A stretch of 63,947 bases of DNA, filler included, from Rhabdomonas costata (GCA_019059605.1; 44 parts of 44 records of this genome joined end to end with filler, not necessarily neighbours in it); one strand, 5' to 3'. Positions 38,104-51,257 are shown, counted from the first letter of the whole stretch. Made by a program: numbers and translations. The notes: generated by a model not told the origin, from the letters alone.

Positions 38104-38543
38104 CCTCAACTCTGTCAGGATCCGAGGCCTTCGAGGGTGGAGAACGAGGTGGTGACTGAGAAGGCGGCGGCAGGCGCTGTGTGGTGGTGGTGTGCGGTGG
38201 TGGCGCCTGTCAACGTCCCAGTGAAAAATTCAAGGCGTCTCTTCAGGGAAGGACACTCTCTTTCCCAAAGTTCGGAGAACCGACGCAGGAATCAAATGCA
38301 ATCCAAAATGGAACCCACCGTTAATTGAGGTGAAGCAAAAATGCTCCAAATACCCCAAAAAATTTTCATTTTCATTCAAAACAACCAAAATCACGCTGCG
38401 GAAGGCAGCCTTTGCAGACACACACGCACCTCAGTGTGCGCTGGAGGAGCAGGCTTGGGCTCAGGTGGAGCATGCGAAGGGAGCGGAGGGGAGCCCTGTG
38501 GAGGACCGTTGCGGTCCAGTGAGGAAGCGGGAGGCCGGTAGAC
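38104..38543 (-). CDS. Two exons of a Pro-rich low-complexity protein
   Basis: VYRPPASS...PPAHTE|GTGCGT and ACAG|APPPHTTTT...DPDRVE|GT; bounds approximate. Confidence 0.45.
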
Positions 38544-40761
38544 CTCCACACGGGAGGGATGGAGGCAAACACAGCCCATTCAGTATGTCAAAGCCAAAGA
38601 TGTCAAAGCGCAGAAGATAAACATCCGCGAGTGCTGAAAACTGTCGCAAAGCGGGACGGGTAGGGGACGAGAATGCGTGCCCGCAGTTGAAGAGCAAGCA
38701 ACCGACTGCTTTCAACAGCATCGCAACAGCGTGTCATGTGGACGCAACGAATTAAAACGACAACAACAAACGTTGGGTTACAGCAAAAGAGCAAAAAAAA
38801 AGCACGTCATAAGCCGGTCCTTTATTTTGGTCCACCCTCTTCACCAATGCTTGCCATCTTTTCCAGGGTTCTGGAATGGCTCAGAGGGTGTGAAACGTGC
38901 TATTTTGTGAATTTAAAATACCAAGGAACCACCTGAGTTCAGGCTCACTACATGCCAATATTTCACCATTCCCTTGAATATCTGGAAATTTTTACGCAAA
39001 TACATGCCCAGACATGCTAGGGCACGCGATGGGCATGGCATCTCAGGCACCTCCCTGGGAGCAGACACATTATGCCACCTATCATTCCAAGTGTTTTGAT
39101 TGGCGAGCAACGAGGGCTCAGCGGAAATAACTGATCCCACAGATCCCGCAACAACCCACTGCGAAAGAGCTGCCTGTGGCCGCATCCACACAGCCAAAGN
39201 NNNNNNNNNNNNNNNNNNNNNNNNNNNNNNNNNNNNNNNNNNNTTAATTAATTAANNNNNNNNNNNNNNNNNNNNNNNNNNNNNNNNNNNNNNNNNNNNG
39301 GTTTTGGCGTACTTTTCCCGAAGGTTTTTGTTTTTCTGCACATACCCAATTCTTTCACGGTAGAGGAACAAATAACGCAAAAAAGAGAGAGGTGCCCATG
39401 TCGAAAGAAAACCTCTGCTATTAGGTGTTAGAGCACGGTCTCCCTGATCTACTCTGGTTTTTTACCATTTGATTTCCATTTTTGTTCATCACAGTTGTTT
39501 GTTCCAGTTTATTCTCTTTTCAAATAAACACTGGAATGAAACTTTCACCGGTATGGAATCACAGTTCACACTGTAATTTCAACACAGGAAGATCGAAAGA
39601 ATGAGGAGGGACCAACAGGAAAGAAGAGCAAGCCGCCTGATTCCGAGATGTCAGTTGGCGGTTGGGATTTTGGAAGCTGAAAGGTGTAAAATAAATCCAT
39701 GAGGAAATTTACATGTAAAGCATTATAAAACTCTCAGAAGCGTAAAAGCTTTGATGGATATTGATTCTAAAGCCTGATGATTAATTTGAAAAACACGGCA
39801 GGAAATTTCCGCCCAATTTCAGCGGTAGACTTGCATTTTAATAAACCTAAAGACAGTCAGTGGAAAACACACAATACGGCAATGTAACGCAAGGGAACTC
39901 GAACGTCACTGCGCAGCACGAGGGTGAGGATAAGAAAAAGCCTGTCAAAAGAACTGTTTTATGTCAAAGGCAGTGGGTTGTCCAGCCACAATTTGGCCCA
40001 CAAGATGGATGAGGTAAGATTGAGCGAGATCGGCCATAAAATTCGACGGGAGTGGAGGAAAATGGGACTTGTCAAGGGGCACAACAGGAAAGAGGATTTC
40101 GTGGGGAAAAGATGTAAGCGAAATCGATAGAATTTTGGTAGAAACTGTGTGTGTGGAAGGCACGACCTGATCCAAAAGGGGTTTTTGTGTGGCAGACGTT
40201 ACTGCGTAAAAAGGGCGTTTCAAGGGAATGCACAAAGGACTGAGGCATCATTGGGATATGAGATGCAGACTTAGCAGAGCTTGATACTGAGTTCTGTGTT
40301 CTGAGCGGCCACAACATTATGCCGATTCGCCAACTCCTCGGAGGTGGACTTGATTGCATCCGCCTAACAACCTTGCGCTTCACACTTCTTCTTGCGGACT
40401 CCGCCGCTTGCTGGGACTAATTCGTTGGTGGGCGTCTTTTGCCTCACCGCCTCGTTTTGCCAAACTCGGAGGGAAACGTGGGGTAAAATTGGTCCGCCTA
40501 CTGCGCGTTCAATGCTACTCTTTCGCCGAAATGTCCTCGTAACTCCCTTCTCTTTGGATTTCAAATGGAGCGGCGTCACAACCAAAGAATCCCACCACAC
40601 AACGTCTACCACAAACAAACCACAACAGCAACCATTATGTGACACAACCCCACCCNNNNNNNNNNNNNNNNNNNNNNNNNNNNNNNNNNNNNNNNNNNNT
40701 TAATTAATTAANNNNNNNNNNNNNNNNNNNNNNNNNNNNNNNNNNNNNNNNNNNNGTTTTT

Positions 40762-42080
40762 GGGGCCAGGGTGCTGGCCAGCTGGAACACCACAACCCGG
40801 GTGTGCAAATTAGGGTTGTGTTTGCGTGTGGGTGTCGTGAGGCTATGCCCTGCCCCGCCTTTGTCTTTTTCATATCCAGGCCTCTCCTTGTGCAGTCCAG
40901 CGCAGACATCATTATCGCACTCCGTACTCCCCGTGAGGTCTCAACGGTACGAGTCTGACATGGGGCTTTCTCTGTGCGGGAACGTGAGAACCTGTTGCCC
41001 CGCAGTTGATGTGAAACACATTTTTGAACTTTAAGTGACTCGGGCATTGGCCTGGCATGCACAAGAGGGATACCGAGATGGGCAGTCCGCAGCCCACAAC
41101 TGGGTTGTCTAGTTCAGGGTGCATTCTGCACTTCCTGGAATTTCTGGGTGGTTTCAGTGGCATCATTCTTTCGCAACCCCCACGGATTAGGTCGCCTCAC
41201 ACTGCCAGAACGCGTGCAAGGCCGCCCTCCAGATCCTGAACCGCTTCCGCAGCTCTCCTCCGGAGAGTGGGCAAACCTCACGACCCTCCATCCACACCAC
41301 GGACACCGTCCCGGTGGACTCTATTATGGAGCGACCCACGCACTCCCACCTGCTGCACGCCGCGCTGTGCGGGGGGGAAGTGGTGTGTGGAAACATGGGC
41401 AGCGCCACCCTGCAGACGTTTACCGTCTTGGGGCCTGCGGTGGGGGCAGCATTCCGCTTGAATGCCCTCAACAAAGGTTGTTTTCAAAGGAGGAGGGGGG
41501 CTATGAAATGCCTTTGTCTATGGGGCTGATTTGTTGACGTCTACTGTACTTGTAAACGTATTGCATTTGTTGGCTTACAACCACTCCTGCCCTTGTTATG
41601 CTTGCACTTGCGCAGCTCCCAGCAAAGTGTCTTTTCCAATGCCCTGCCTGCCGTGCCCCGCCTTTTCTTCCCCTTTTTGTTGTTATGCCGCTATTCGACG
41701 CATGACGTTGGCCACCGTGCCCCTTCAAGAGCCTGTAATGTTATGAGCTCTCTCCAGCAGTGTGTACGGCGACACGAAAGCACAAGAGCGCAGTGGGATC
41801 TAGAGTAAACACGCTTACAGACGTCCAGTGTCCGGCACAAAAAACCTCATCAAGGCAAGGCAAGCCGGAAGGGAAGAATCGAAACGGATGTACGTGCGGT
41901 ATGAGGTGGAGAAATTGGAGAAGGAGATTCTAGCGGGCTCTTGTACGGATGTTTAAGATAAGCGATGTCCGATGGTTTGTTTCGTTTTTTGCAGTGCTGG
42001 GCACTCGGGCGCTCGCGGACGCGTCTGTGCGGCAGAGCGCGCAGTTCACGTTCCAGTTCCGAGTGGTGGACCGCATCCAG
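40762..42080 (+). CDS. Class III nucleotidyl (adenylate/guanylate) cyclase homology domain, degenerate; exons 40762-40800, 41191-41476, 41995-~42080
   Basis: GARVLASWN..-VASHCQNACKAAL...HAALCGGEVVCGNMGSATLQTFTVLGPAVGAAFRLNALNK-V-LGTRALAD...FRVVDRIQ; phases fit. Confidence 0.88.
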
Positions 42081-44460
42081 GTGGTGATAGGGGAGAATGG
42101 GAAGAGTGGTNNNNNNNNNNNNNNNNNNNNNNNNNNNNNNNNNNNNNNNNNNNNTTAATTAATTAANNNNNNNNNNNNNNNNNNNNNNNNNNNNNNNNNN
42201 NNNNNNNNNNTTTTTGTTGAACAGCCGCAGCCTCGTCTTGCACTTCCTGCCACATTCCCACGCGGAAGATCCTATTCAGGCGCTAGTGAAGTGAGGCGGG
42301 TCCAAACCATTTGTACCGCGGTATGTGCCGCGGGTCAGGAGGTGAGGCACGCTTCCCCTGAGATTCCAACAGATAAATTTGCAGGGGTTAGGGGGTTAGG
42401 AGGGTCCTCTGCGATTGAAATAGATGCTTTGACAGGGGATGTACGCGCTTCCTGCGAGTCCTTCCAGGATGTTTTGGTCGGCTCCGCTCCGCTAGCCGGC
42501 CCAAGATTCTAGGAGTTCATTTCTTGGACATGCATGTGCGGGTTAAGGGGGTCAGGGTCGGCATAAATGAATCTCATAGGGGGGAGGGCATAAATGCACT
42601 TATGCCCCTATTCACTCAGGCTTAGGTAGGTGGAGTCTGTATGCGAACATACAAAGCACCCCAGGAGGCCTACGCATCCAGACTGCATGCAGACGTCATC
42701 TGCCCGGCACCAGGTTTCCAACCGCTAACCCGAAGCCCAACCCTATGAAAGACGCCATCCCTTGACGGCACCGAATGCATATCTGCCAGACATGCCCACA
42801 CGTGACGTATTGCCATGTATTGCCTGCGCTACCTTAGTGAGAGGTGAATAGTGTTACCAAAAAAAAGTCAGGATTTGGACTCGTTGCGGGTTTGGGGGAT
42901 AATTAAAAAAGACTCATTTTTTTTTGCATCCTATCGACATGGCTGCTTATTGCGCGTTCGAAGCACCTCAGCTTTTTATGGGAAATACCCATGTTCTTTA
43001 AGTGAGGGGTAGTAACCTTAGCTGTGATTCTTTCACTTTTGACATAACACAGACCATATGCGTATCCCCCCTCTGCCAACTAAACCTAACCCTTATCCCG
43101 TTTTGTTTTCCCCCAGAATTTTAAAACAAAGTCTCCCGCGCCGACATGTGACCACGGCACAGGAAGGGACTGGGGGTATGCAGATCCTTTTGTTGGGTGG
43201 GATTCTCAAAAAAACGGCGCGAGCACTTTGAAACGGCGGGATTGCAGTGAAGGAATAGTATAACTGACGTTTTGCCCGTCCCCAAAGCACTTCGGATGTC
43301 TCTCACAGCCGTTTTATATCTTCACATCTGTCAACAATACACACACGCATCTTTTCCCTTCGGCTGTGCGCTGCACATTCGTGCCTGTGGTTGCGCATTC
43401 TTTTGTTCTCGGGCAAAAAACGGAAGTTTTCGGAGAAAAATGTTTAACTGTGGATATGGGGAGGAGAGGGAAGAGATTGCTTAGGGAAGGAAATCAGAGA
43501 ACCTCATCAGTGATCGCCATAAGCCTTCCTAGGCCACCGCTATGAGGATCCCATGCCACCAAAACNNNNNNNNNNNNNNNNNNNNNNNNNNNNNNNNNNN
43601 NNNNNNNNNTTAATTAATTAANNNNNNNNNNNNNNNNNNNNNNNNNNNNNNNNNNNNNNNNNNNNTGCGTCTTCGCCAGCAAAAAGTCTGGTGGCGACTG
43701 CTTATACGGCACATACTGTGCTGCAGAAGCTGCAGGGCTTTTTTCCTGGCTAGGTCATTTCCAAAGGGGTTCCGTAGCTTGGCCACCCCGTCCCCCCTGA
43801 CCTCTCAGTCCTGGACTTCCTCTGGGGTCAAGACGCAAGACGCAGGTCTATCGGTACCCTGTGAGTTGCTTGCGGCAGCAAAACAGCCTGGTGGGCTGCG
43901 GAGAAGGCAGTGCCAAGGCGCATACTGCTGCGAGAGGCATTCGCAGCCCTATCGCTAAGGCTATCGCTAAGGCTCAGGCACTGCAGCCGCAACAAGGTCC
44001 GGCACATGGAGAACGTTGTACTTCTCCGGTAACTGACGTTACGCTTGGAAGTGAACATTTTGGCTAGATGCAGCCTACTGTGTGTTTCCCTGTTTTTGTC
44101 TTGTGTTACTGAAGCTTGGTGTTGCTACCATGCCCCAGTTATACAGCAAAACTCCCAGGTGGAAGTGGCACAAAAACACCTTTAGAGACCAACGGAGGAG
44201 TATAACCCATTTTGGGAGCTAACTAATAAACGTCCTAAACTCCCGGACACCCGGTAGCTTCAAGGAGAATAAAAACCCACACAACAAAGCTCAACCCCAC
44301 ATCGGTCTCTCCATCTTGAGTTTTCCACCTCCCATCAACCCGACAAACGCACGTGCAGACTTGCAAGCGGAGCCCAAACCACGACCTGCTTGCAGTAAAT
44401 TTGAGTTTATCCTGCCCATTACATTTTTATCCTTGTTTGAAGGTGTACAAACCGACGCAC

Positions 44461-45006
44461 CGGTGTTGACACCCAGGCGGGCGGCGAGCTGGACAAGCCA
44501 ATGCGACCGATCCGTTGGCGGCGTCTTGCACGATCCAATCCCCGGGCTGAACGCCCGCCGTTCGCAGGAGCCCAAAGGCAGTGGGTGGAGCAATCGAGAG
44601 CAGAGCCGCGACAGGCAGGGGAACCGTGGAGGGGACCTACAGACCCATACATACGCACACACCCGCAGGGCACCCGGAAGACGATGATTGGGCGAGCGAA
44701 GATGTCCGAACGAAGCATTGTCAGAAAAACCTTCCATAAGGCCTGCCCCGATAAGCGTAACTTAGAACACAAGCACTTCAGGGCACCATCCCCTTTTTTC
44801 TTCGAAATTTTCTTAGAAACTGTACCAAAGTGCATTTGCGATTCTAAAAGCGAAGCGAACCACAGATGGTGCAGGAGCTCATCGCCAATTATGGGACCCT
44901 GGCGCTGATGTCCGCCTAATACACACAGCCGAACCCCGCGGCCTTCCTCACTCGCACCTTCCTAAGCGCGACCGCCGGAACGACGACGTACTGCGACAAG
45001 CTGCCC
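44461..45006 (-). CDS. MDR-superfamily 2-enoyl thioester reductase (MECR/ETR1-like); exons ~45006-44958 and 44636-44461, with a frameshift at ~44504
   Basis: GSLSQYVVVPAVALRK-VPSTVPLPVAALLSIAPPTAFGLL...QPGDWIVQDAANGSV/HWLVQLAARLGVNT matches PGDWVIQNAANS.VG..VIQLA...G. Confidence 0.82.
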
Positions 45007-48000
45007 CAACCCCACAACCCNNNNNNNNNNNNNNNNNNNNNNNNNNNNNNNNNNNNNNNNNNNNTTAATTAATTAANNNNNNNNNNNNNNNNNNNNNNNN
45101 NNNNNNNNNNNNNNNNNNNNTTTGTTTGTTCTCTTCGAAACCAATTTTGCACGTTGGAAATCTTTTGATCATGGTCAAGTGCGGCGGGGCGACCGTAACC
45201 ATACCGTTCGGATGAAGGAAAACCAGGTGGGCATACACGTGGTCCGCTGCTTTTGCGCGCCCGGCGTCCCAAAACCAGATGGATATCCGCAAGTGGCGCA
45301 AACGGCCTTAACCGTGCTCCTGCGCCTCTTTTAAGGCCGGGCGCCACTTTGTAAAAGCCGCGTTCCTTTTCGATCGGATTTCCCCCCCGAAATATATTCG
45401 AAACTGGCGGCACATTAAAAATGCAGTCGTGGCATAATCCGTTCCCCGCCATAGAAAAAGTGACGCCTCTATATGGCAATGGGCATGCCTGGGGCCCACC
45501 GTCTGCCTATGGGCACGCCCATTACCAGACCGGACTTTGTGCAATGAACAATGGGTGGGCGCGCGTGTGGTGTCCCATCCGCGGCTCAATTCCCCATTGG
45601 TCCTGTATGGAAGCCACTAGACGTCCTATTCAATCTAAAATATTTATAAAAAGTTTACATTCTTTATTTATTCCCCCTATGTACTGAAAACTGTGCACCC
45701 AAGCAACAAAGCAACAATTTCAAATCGTTTAAACCGAGCGTCGCACTACATTCCAAACAAAGCCCGTTGTTTGAATGTGCTGGAGCGCCTTGTGCACCCG
45801 GAATGGTGAAAAACAACAAGATTGATCTCCCTCGCAGTTCTTTTCGTTAGGTTTGTGTTGGCTAGTTGGTGTGCTTTTGGATTTTATCTACTATCAACCT
45901 GCTGCTTTCCTAATGGGTGCTGTTTTATGTCGCGATTAACACGGCATGACTCCGCGCTGCCTGTAAAATGATCCTGGTGACTAACAAATGGAAGTGGTGT
46001 CCACAAACGTTCTCCTTGTTGTCTTTTTTCATTGGTGCCATCAAGAAACTTACTTATTCCGTCGTGATTTAAATGCCGTTGTCAGCCGCAACATTATGCA
46101 AGGAGCTTTCTGTGACGGATTAGGACCCCAGCGGGTGAACGGCACACCGCCTCAGAGGATTTGGGGGAGGTGACCCGAAGAAAGATTAACAATCAAAATA
46201 CATAATTTGGTTTCATGACGAAATCAAGCCCAGACACTATTTAGAACGCATAAAGCGTAAAAAACCCAAATTTAATTGGTGCTTTGCCCCGTGGTTCTCC
46301 TTCTCTCTGGCTTATTCGGGCCTAATTCGAAGGCAACAAACGGGGTGGACATCAAAAGGGTGCACAGCGCACCACAGAGCACGAATGCAAGCAACAAAGA
46401 ACCGCTTTGACATTAAAATTCCCGCGCCGGTCCCACCATACCCCGGTGGGCCGGAATCATTTGCCCCAAGGGTCTNNNNNNNNNNNNNNNNNNNNNNNNN
46501 NNNNNNNNNNNNNNNNNNNTTAATTAATTAANNNNNNNNNNNNNNNNNNNNNNNNNNNNNNNNNNNNNNNNNNNNGGGTGGTTGTTCTCCGCCGTGGAGC
46601 CTAGAGCGGCATCGGCGGAGAACCCCCCAGACCGGTACCGGAGATGCATCCGTGTTGAACGAATATTAAGGGGAAGGGGCACTTTCATCTTCCAACGCAT
46701 GACTCATTACGTTTGCTTCGCAGTAGGGCCGTTACTGTGCTAGAGTCTTCAGTGGAATCACCAGGTAGGGGTCGGACGGAACAAATACCTAAAACAGAGA
46801 GAAAGTGTGATGGAAACCGACCATCATCAACGCGCAGTGCTCCATTGACAGGAAGTCTGAAATTTCAACCCAAACATCTCTCTCCTTCCAAAAACGGGCG
46901 TTTGCGAGAAGCGACGTTTGCCCCATCATCAGCACCATGGATTAAACTTCCAGAAATCCAATGCAGGAGCAATCGGCTGACGGGCAAACGGTAGCCAACT
47001 TCTCAATACCCGGTGTCCCCCTTACGAGATGCAATTGTTACATCTGGTGGTTGTGTTGCGGTCGTTATTTGCACACTGAAGGTCGGGGGCGATTTGACTA
47101 ATGAAACGTACAATTTTTTCTTCTTGAATATTGCTCGATCTGCCGCGCAACGCATGAACGGAACGCATAAACAACATTCTCTACCATTCCCAGCGCGTTC
47201 CGAACGAGCAGATCTAGAAGACCCACACGATCCGCCAGCGCCAAAATCAATTGTGCTTGGAGATTCTCGGGCTAAAAAACTGCAGGCCTAAACGCACAAA
47301 AGTACCAAACCTCCGGGTAGGAAGAACTTAGCGGCATATGGGACATCGCCGGAACCAAGGTTTAGGCTTCCCGGTTGGGAATGCGACGGAGGACCAACAA
47401 CAGCAACACCTGTCATCCGGACTGTCTACGCTTCCATTTTCCAGGCGGTTAGGATGACTACCTTGAGTTGCCGCACCTCCAGGCTACCTAATTTCAGCCA
47501 AACACCGATGAACTCAAAACCGAGCATTAACACAACTACCGCCTTAGATGCGCCGGGAAACGATAGGATCATAGCGCCCAGGTCCCTGGTTCAAGAAGTC
47601 ATGCGACATTTTGAAAGGAAAGAAGTTGTGATCCCGCGTGCTGTCCCACCGCCCGACCATTGTGTCATGCCCAGACCCCGTCATATAATCTCCATCCCTT
47701 TGCGCCGTTGCCCCTGGTTGAGTATTTTACGTTTGAAGCTCAAATACATAGTCTGGGGGGACCATTCCGATTAGGACCGCAGCTCGTAGGCGGCCGCAGG
47801 TCATTGGAGGAAAATGGGTAAGCGCAAGAGGTTTTCAACACGGAAGGATTTCCAGGGCTACTCAAAAACTTGGATCCAGCTACCAATTTCCCTTGTCCGA
47901 AAACCCCCCAACACCAAACACACCCACCACNNNNNNNNNNNNNNNNNNNNNNNNNNNNNNNNNNNNNNNNNNNNTTAATTAATTAANNNNNNNNNNNNNN

Positions 48001-48268
48001 NNNNNNNNNNNNNNNNNNNNNNNNNNNNNNGGGAGTCAGAGCATCAGAGCAACCAAAGCAGCGCTTCACCGTCTGAAAAGGAACTTTTGCAGGACCCCAC
48101 GCCAAGACCTGAGCTGCTGTGAGCCAGAAACAAAAAGCGCGAGCGGGCCGCTGGTTTGATATCTTCCTTCCAATGGACGAAATTCGTAAACGAGGGAGGT
48201 GGGAGCGTTGCTAGAACTAGGGAGGGTCAAAGCGTGTGCACGGGAGACCAATGAAGAAAAGCAGAAAC

Positions 48269-49336
48269 CTCCAGGATGCAGTTCGGCTCGCAGCAGTGGT
48301 TCATGAAGCGCCCCACACTTCCCCTGTGCTTGCCGTCCACAACGGTGCTGTCCAAGTGCATCAGATAGTTGCTCTGCGGCACACGATAAATCCCACACAA
48401 GCACCGCTATTAGTTATCGAGTTCAATTCCACATTGCGTTATCCCGAAAACCCGCGGCCGTCGTCAAGGAACCATCGGCACATCAACCACTGCCATAAAA
48501 GAAGTTACCATGGCTTTATCCGCCAGCCCAGGGGATGTAAGGGAATCTTTTGGTGTGCTGAACAACGCAAAACACGATTGAAAAAGGTGGTGAAGGAACA
48601 GAAGGGTTTGAGGAAAGAATGGTGGGGAAGGGGGGGCAGGGGAACACAGGCGACCAGTGAACCGAAAAGGTTGACTGACAAGCATGCGAAAGCGCCGTGC
48701 ACCTGAGACTGATGCTGATCCAGAGCCATCACTCGGCCCAGGTAAGCCACCACGAAGTCTCCGGGATAAAAGTCCTTCATAGCCACCAAGCCCCGGCCCC
48801 GGTTGGGGGTCTGGAATACGCCAACTCGGGTTCTGTGGTTTCGGTCCCCCTGCTGTATCGCCCTGTTTTTTGTAGGGAGGTTGTGCTGGTCTGTGTGCGT
48901 GTGCGATGGGCTGCACCTCCTCGCTTTCAGTCAGTCCAACATGCACTTCACCTCAACAGCAATATGGCAGGAGACAAAAAGAGGAAGACTATAACCAAAA
49001 GAGTGCGGGCAAAAATTTGAACTTTGTAGAGCGTATTGTACAAAATGACAAAGAAGTGTGAACCAGATGGAAAGAAAAAGCAGTCACTTGCCTAAAAACT
49101 CAATATCCATCCTCAAACGTACATGACCATCCTCCATCAGCACCACTCCCCCCCCTCCTGACCGCTCCTTTTCACCTGTTGGTACACGCGGGGCGCCGGC
49201 AGATTGAGGCCCGGCACTCGTAGCACGCACTCCGAGCGGCGCACCCGTCGCCGCAGTCACCGCCGGGAGGGCACTGACAGTCCTCGTCGGCCTGCCCGTC
49301 TCGATCCTTGGGCAGCCTCCGCTGCTTGAGGAACTC
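48269..49336 (-). CDS. AWS + SET domain histone-lysine methyltransferase (SET2/ASH1/NSD-like); exons 49336-49176, 48862-48703, 48373-48269
   Basis: CQC...CGDGC..R...EC....C....CTN-R-AIQQG...VFQTPNRGRGLVAMKDFYPGDFVVAYLGRV...VVDGKHRGSVGRFMNHCCEPNC. Confidence 0.92.
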
Positions 49337-51104
49337 CTGGATGCGGGGGGAGGGGGAAACTCGAAGTACGGACGTCACAACAACCNNNNNNNNNNNNNNN
49401 NNNNNNNNNNNNNNNNNNNNNNNNNNNNNTTAATTAATTAANNNNNNNNNNNNNNNNNNNNNNNNNNNNNNNNNNNNNNNNNNNNCAAATTTTCGTTCAG
49501 CCAGTGTGTTAGAAGAAATAAGGAACATGGGGACGACATTTGATGTCTGTAGGTACACCACAGGTCCACTCGTCCGAGAGAAAGAGCAGGCGGAGGTTTT
49601 TTGGTGTATCTTTGGGAGAGCTGTTGGATGCTGGTACTGGTGTATGCGTGCGTGGTGTGTGTGCATGCGTGGTGTGTAAACCCACAGAGAACATGAACTG
49701 AGAAAAAAGGTTGGGAAACTGAATAAATCATTCAGCCTCAAGGGAGGCAAACACCATGAAGAAGGAGCGTCGTCTCTGTCTTCGTCCAAAACACACCGAA
49801 TATCGAATACCGGGGCCCACTGCCCTCGAGATGGCGAGTGCTGGCGGGGCGTCTGTGAATTAGCCCCAGGCTTCCGAAAAGGGTTTACACCATATTCACC
49901 GCACAGAACCGATCTGTGCAGTGGGGGAGAAAAAGAGAGAGGGCCTTTGATTACTCTCTTCCTGGGAGCAGCGCAGTGAAACAGTACTCAGGCTTTTCTC
50001 CAGTTGGAAGGCCCTCCCGTTGGAGAACACGGGAAGCGCTGTGCGAGAAGCAGGGCAGAAGGACTGTGTGAGCAGGAACTAGCGGAAATGCAGAATGCAG
50101 AGGGCAAAGGAGAGGAGCCATTTCAGCAAAAGAAAGGGGGGGAAGAACAAAGATGAGTCGCAAGGGGGTGCCAGATCGAAATCAGGGCGGGACGTATACA
50201 CGCATTCACGTACGTTTTTGCGGGAGGCATGACCGGTGCAACATGTCCAAAATGGGTTGCGGTGAATCTGGCGGAGTGAAGGTGACAGGTTGACAGCATT
50301 CGCTAGGTAAACGTATGGGTGTAGCGGTGGAACGCTTCCACCGTGCACAGTGTCAAACAGAAAGGGCTCGGGTGATGACCACAACGTGAGCGAGTACGTA
50401 CGCGGGGGCGGGGGTTTGGATGCGGTCGTGGTTGCGAAATGGGTTCGGGTTGAGTTCCATGACGTGCATGTGCGCCGTCACAAGCACACATATAGATAGA
50501 CACACAAACTCCAACAACACAATTTGCATTTTGGCCTATGATACTGCATCTCCTTGCTTCTCACCATCCTGTGGGGCAAACTCAGGCCGTGGGCTGCTAT
50601 TGCATGGGTGCGGGGAGGGGTTTGGGTTCAAGAACGTGCGCGTGTGCTCCGTGGGAGCCGCAACTCGAGAGAGTCCGCAGAGAGAAGGGGTGGGGGTGAA
50701 CGCCCACCTGGGACGAAGAGCCGAAAAAAAACCTGTGCAGAAAACCAGAAAGAAAACCACCACCGGAGCAGAATCAGAGAAAAAACACCGACATATTGTT
50801 TCAAACGCAACACAAACAATGCTGTACCGCCACCCAAACCNNNNNNNNNNNNNNNNNNNNNNNNNNNNNNNNNNNNNNNNNNNNTTAATTAATTAANNNN
50901 NNNNNNNNNNNNNNNNNNNNNNNNNNNNNNNNNNNNNNNNTGGGTCCTTCGTTTTGGAAGGAAGCTGGAGTGCAGTTGTTGACCGAAGGGTGAGGGTTGC
51001 AGTGAAGGTTGCAGTGAAAAGTTGAGTTCTGTTTCACAGCCGCTTTTAAAACTTTTGGTTTTGGAACTGCGTGTGGTGTCGTGGGTGGGGGATGGGGATT
51101 TCAG

Positions 51105-51257
51105 GTTACAGACAAGGTGGTGTTCAGCGGGTCTCGGGATGGCTCCGTGAGAATGTGGGAGTGGGACTCTGGCCGTCCGCTGCGAGTGCTGACGGGGCAC
51201 TCTGGGCCCGTGGTGGCAATGACCACCATGGTGGCACCAGCCGTCTTGCAAGGCCAG
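51105..51257 (+). CDS. WD40-repeat protein exon; probable GC donor
   Basis: VFSGSRDGSVRMWEWDSGRPLRVLTGHSGPVVAM; ends CAG|GCATGT followed by pyrimidine-rich intron. Confidence 0.85.

Noticed and set aside
33480-42080. Apparent gene cluster PstS + HAMP + membrane anchor + cyclase
   Set aside because: The genes lie on separate contigs joined by linkers, so adjacency carries no information
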